Origin: Verrucomicrobiia bacterium
GTDB taxonomy: Bacteria; Verrucomicrobiota; Verrucomicrobiia; Limisphaerales; UBA1100
DNA length: 64,000 nucleotides
Assembly (NCBI GenBank): GCA_014239365.1
Contig: JAAZZB010000006.1
Location: 6,307 to 70,306, forward strand
Direction of reading: 5' to 3'
The position numbers were made by a program, and so were the translations under genes. The notes beneath the pieces are model-generated. The model made no database searches. It saw only the letters and a program-made list of their open reading frames with translations, and was not told where the DNA came from. Shown piece by piece: positions 62,567 to 64,000 of the stretch (position 1 is the stretch's first letter; each line of letters begins with the position of its first letter).

Positions 62567-64000
62567 TCACCGCCATTCCGGCTTGTGAATGTGCGCGCGG
62601 AGGCGCCAGTAAAACAGCCCCACGGTAAACAGCGCGATGGCGGCAGTGGCAAAGAAAATTTCCTGTGACCCCACCCCCAATTGGCGCATCAGAAAAAACA
62701 ATCCCGTGCCGACTATTTCGAACACCGCATCAATCGCGTTAGACGCACCGATGAATTGCCCGCGCGAATCGGTGGGCGAAAGTTTTTGAATCAGCGCCTG
62801 CAGCGGAATGACATATAACCCCGCGCACACGCCCACGATGAACAAATACCCCACCACCCGCCAAATATCCGCATCGCGCGCCTCCACCGCCGTGGCCACG
62901 AAGCCGGTGGGTTTGCCGTCGCGTTGCAGTTCATAGTAGCCGATGGTTTTCGTTTGATCATCGAGCTTGCGCGCGCGCTTCTTTTTGTTTTCAAACGTGT
63001 CGAGGTACGAAGACGAAATCACCATCGCCCCCACTTCGCCTTCTTCCACGCGCTTCAACCGCGCGCTCAACGAAATGCCTTCGCGCTTGAATTCCAAATC
63101 CGACCGCAACTCCTTAAGCCGATCCTCCGCGCGATCCAAATAATGACTCACCGTGATCCCCTCCGGCAAACCGGCCAACCCTTTCTCCGCCATCGCGCTA
63201 TCGGCACGATGGATCACCATATAACTCGAAGGCGCCCAAGCCAGCAACAAGCTCGCCACCACCAAGCCAATCGCGCCCGCCGGAATCAGCCGCGGTTGAA
63301 TGCCGTTGCGCGAAATCAACCCCGCCGAAATGCTGCCCACCCCGATCGCCACGCCGATGGTTCCCAACAGGTAAACGCCCACTTTCGTTTCCGGCAAACC
63401 CAACACCACCGTGTAATCCGCCAAAATCAACAGGAACATAAACGCCAGCATTCCGAAGCCCGCTTTGAGCAGGCACACCACGAAGATGGGCGAATTGCCC
63501 TCGCGCATTCTTCGGATGTTGCGCAGGTGCGGCGCGAAAAATTCCCACTTCACTTTCAAGTGCTCCGCGCTCGCCTTGAGCTTGGGCATTTGCAGCGCCG
63601 CGATCAGCCCCACCACCGCCACCGCCAAGAGCGCCACGCCCGGCAACCAAATCAATCCCTCCGGTGCTGTGACATCATCCGGCCCGCGATAGGCCTCATA
63701 AATTGCTCCCGCCACCAACGTCGCCGCGATCACCGCCACGTTGGTCAGCATATTGATGATGCCGTTGGCCATACTGATTTTTGAAGTGTCCACCAGTTCC
63801 GGAATCACCCCGTACTTGGCCGGCCCAAAAAACGCGCTTTGCGTTCCCAACAAAAACATTGCGAAGAGGCACAGATAAACGTTGTTAAAATAGAAGCCCG
63901 CGAATGCCGCCAGCACGATGAGGAACTCCGCCTGCTTCACCCGCACGGCGACGAGTTGTTTGCTGTAGCGATCGCACAACTGGCCCGCCACAGCGGAAAA
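62567..64000 (-). CDS. MFS transporter (LplT-like), 5'-truncated by the window edge, with a ~120-aa hydrophilic insertion
   Basis: Multiple TM segments and an AGQLCDRYSKQ MFS loop motif. The frame is open to position 64000. The insertion is at nt ~62858-63211. Confidence 0.7.
   Translation of the reverse strand, partial: FSAVAGQLCDRYSKQLVAVRVKQAEFLIVLAAFAGFYFNNVYLCLFAMFLLGTQSAFFGPAKYGVIPELVDTSKISMANGIINMLTNVAVIAATLVAGAIYEAYRGPDDVTAPEGLIWLPGVALLAVAVVGLIAALQMPKLKASAEHLKVKWEFFAPHLRNIRRMREGNSPIFVVCLLKAGFGMLAFMFLLILADYTVVLGLPETKVGVYLLGTIGVAIGVGSISAGLISRNGIQPRLIPAGAIGLVVASLLLAWAPSSYMVIHRADSAMAEKGLAGLPEGITVSHYLDRAEDRLKELRSDLEFKREGISLSARLKRVEEGEVGAMVISSSYLDTFENKKKRARKLDDQTKTIGYYELQRDGKPTGFVATAVEARDADIWRVVGYLFIVGVCAGLYVIPLQALIQKLSPTDSRGQFIGASNAIDAVFEIVGTGLFFLMRQLGVGSQEIFFATAAIALFTVGLFYWRLRAHIHKPEWR

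Noticed and set aside
1-64000. Prophage, integrative element, toxin-antitoxin, restriction-modification or known named defence systems.
   Set aside because: I recognised no integrase, recombinase (other than the RAYT), phage structural genes, methyltransferase/endonuclease pairs, or signature genes of named defence systems. The flotillin/AAA+/PLD locus is reported only as a hypothesis.

Overview
GC-rich segment (visual estimate, not computed) whose gene content is typical of the PVC superphylum (Verrucomicrobiota/Planctomycetota). It holds four formylglycine-type sulfatases, two DUF1549/DUF1553 + DUF1501 pairs, two giant PQQ-like beta-propeller proteins, two DUF1080 proteins, prepilin/DUF1559-type modules and a PVC-type ECF sigma factor. 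I call about 45 protein genes. I saw no rRNA, tRNA, CRISPR array, integrase or prophage. Non-coding structure consists of: one REP-associated tyrosine transposase (RAYT) flanked by GGTAGGG-type REP palindromes, with related double hairpins at two convergent gene ends; a 21-bp tandem array of about 9.5 copies; a 61-nt dispersed repeat present twice; CTGTGTC-type motifs; one clear intrinsic terminator; and two palindromic operator candidates in a low-GC islet. The best candidate for an undescribed system is at 48.7-60.1 kb. There, a two-gene operon encodes a long flotillin/SPFH protein and a 1,834-aa single-module AAA+ ATPase. Next to it sit an orphan helical/acidic protein and a single-HKD PLD-family enzyme tightly coupled to a 620-aa polytopic membrane protein. 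Other notable items: (i) an ECF sigma/anti-sigma pair whose anti-sigma carries a periplasmic triple EF-hand domain, duplicated as a free secreted protein; (ii) two tandem paralogs with a pilin/DUF1559-like module at the C-terminus instead of behind a prepilin leader, one translationally coupled to a sulfatase; (iii) a UbiA-like/methyltransferase/hydrolase operon. All domain calls come from reading motifs in the supplied translations. No database search was possible.
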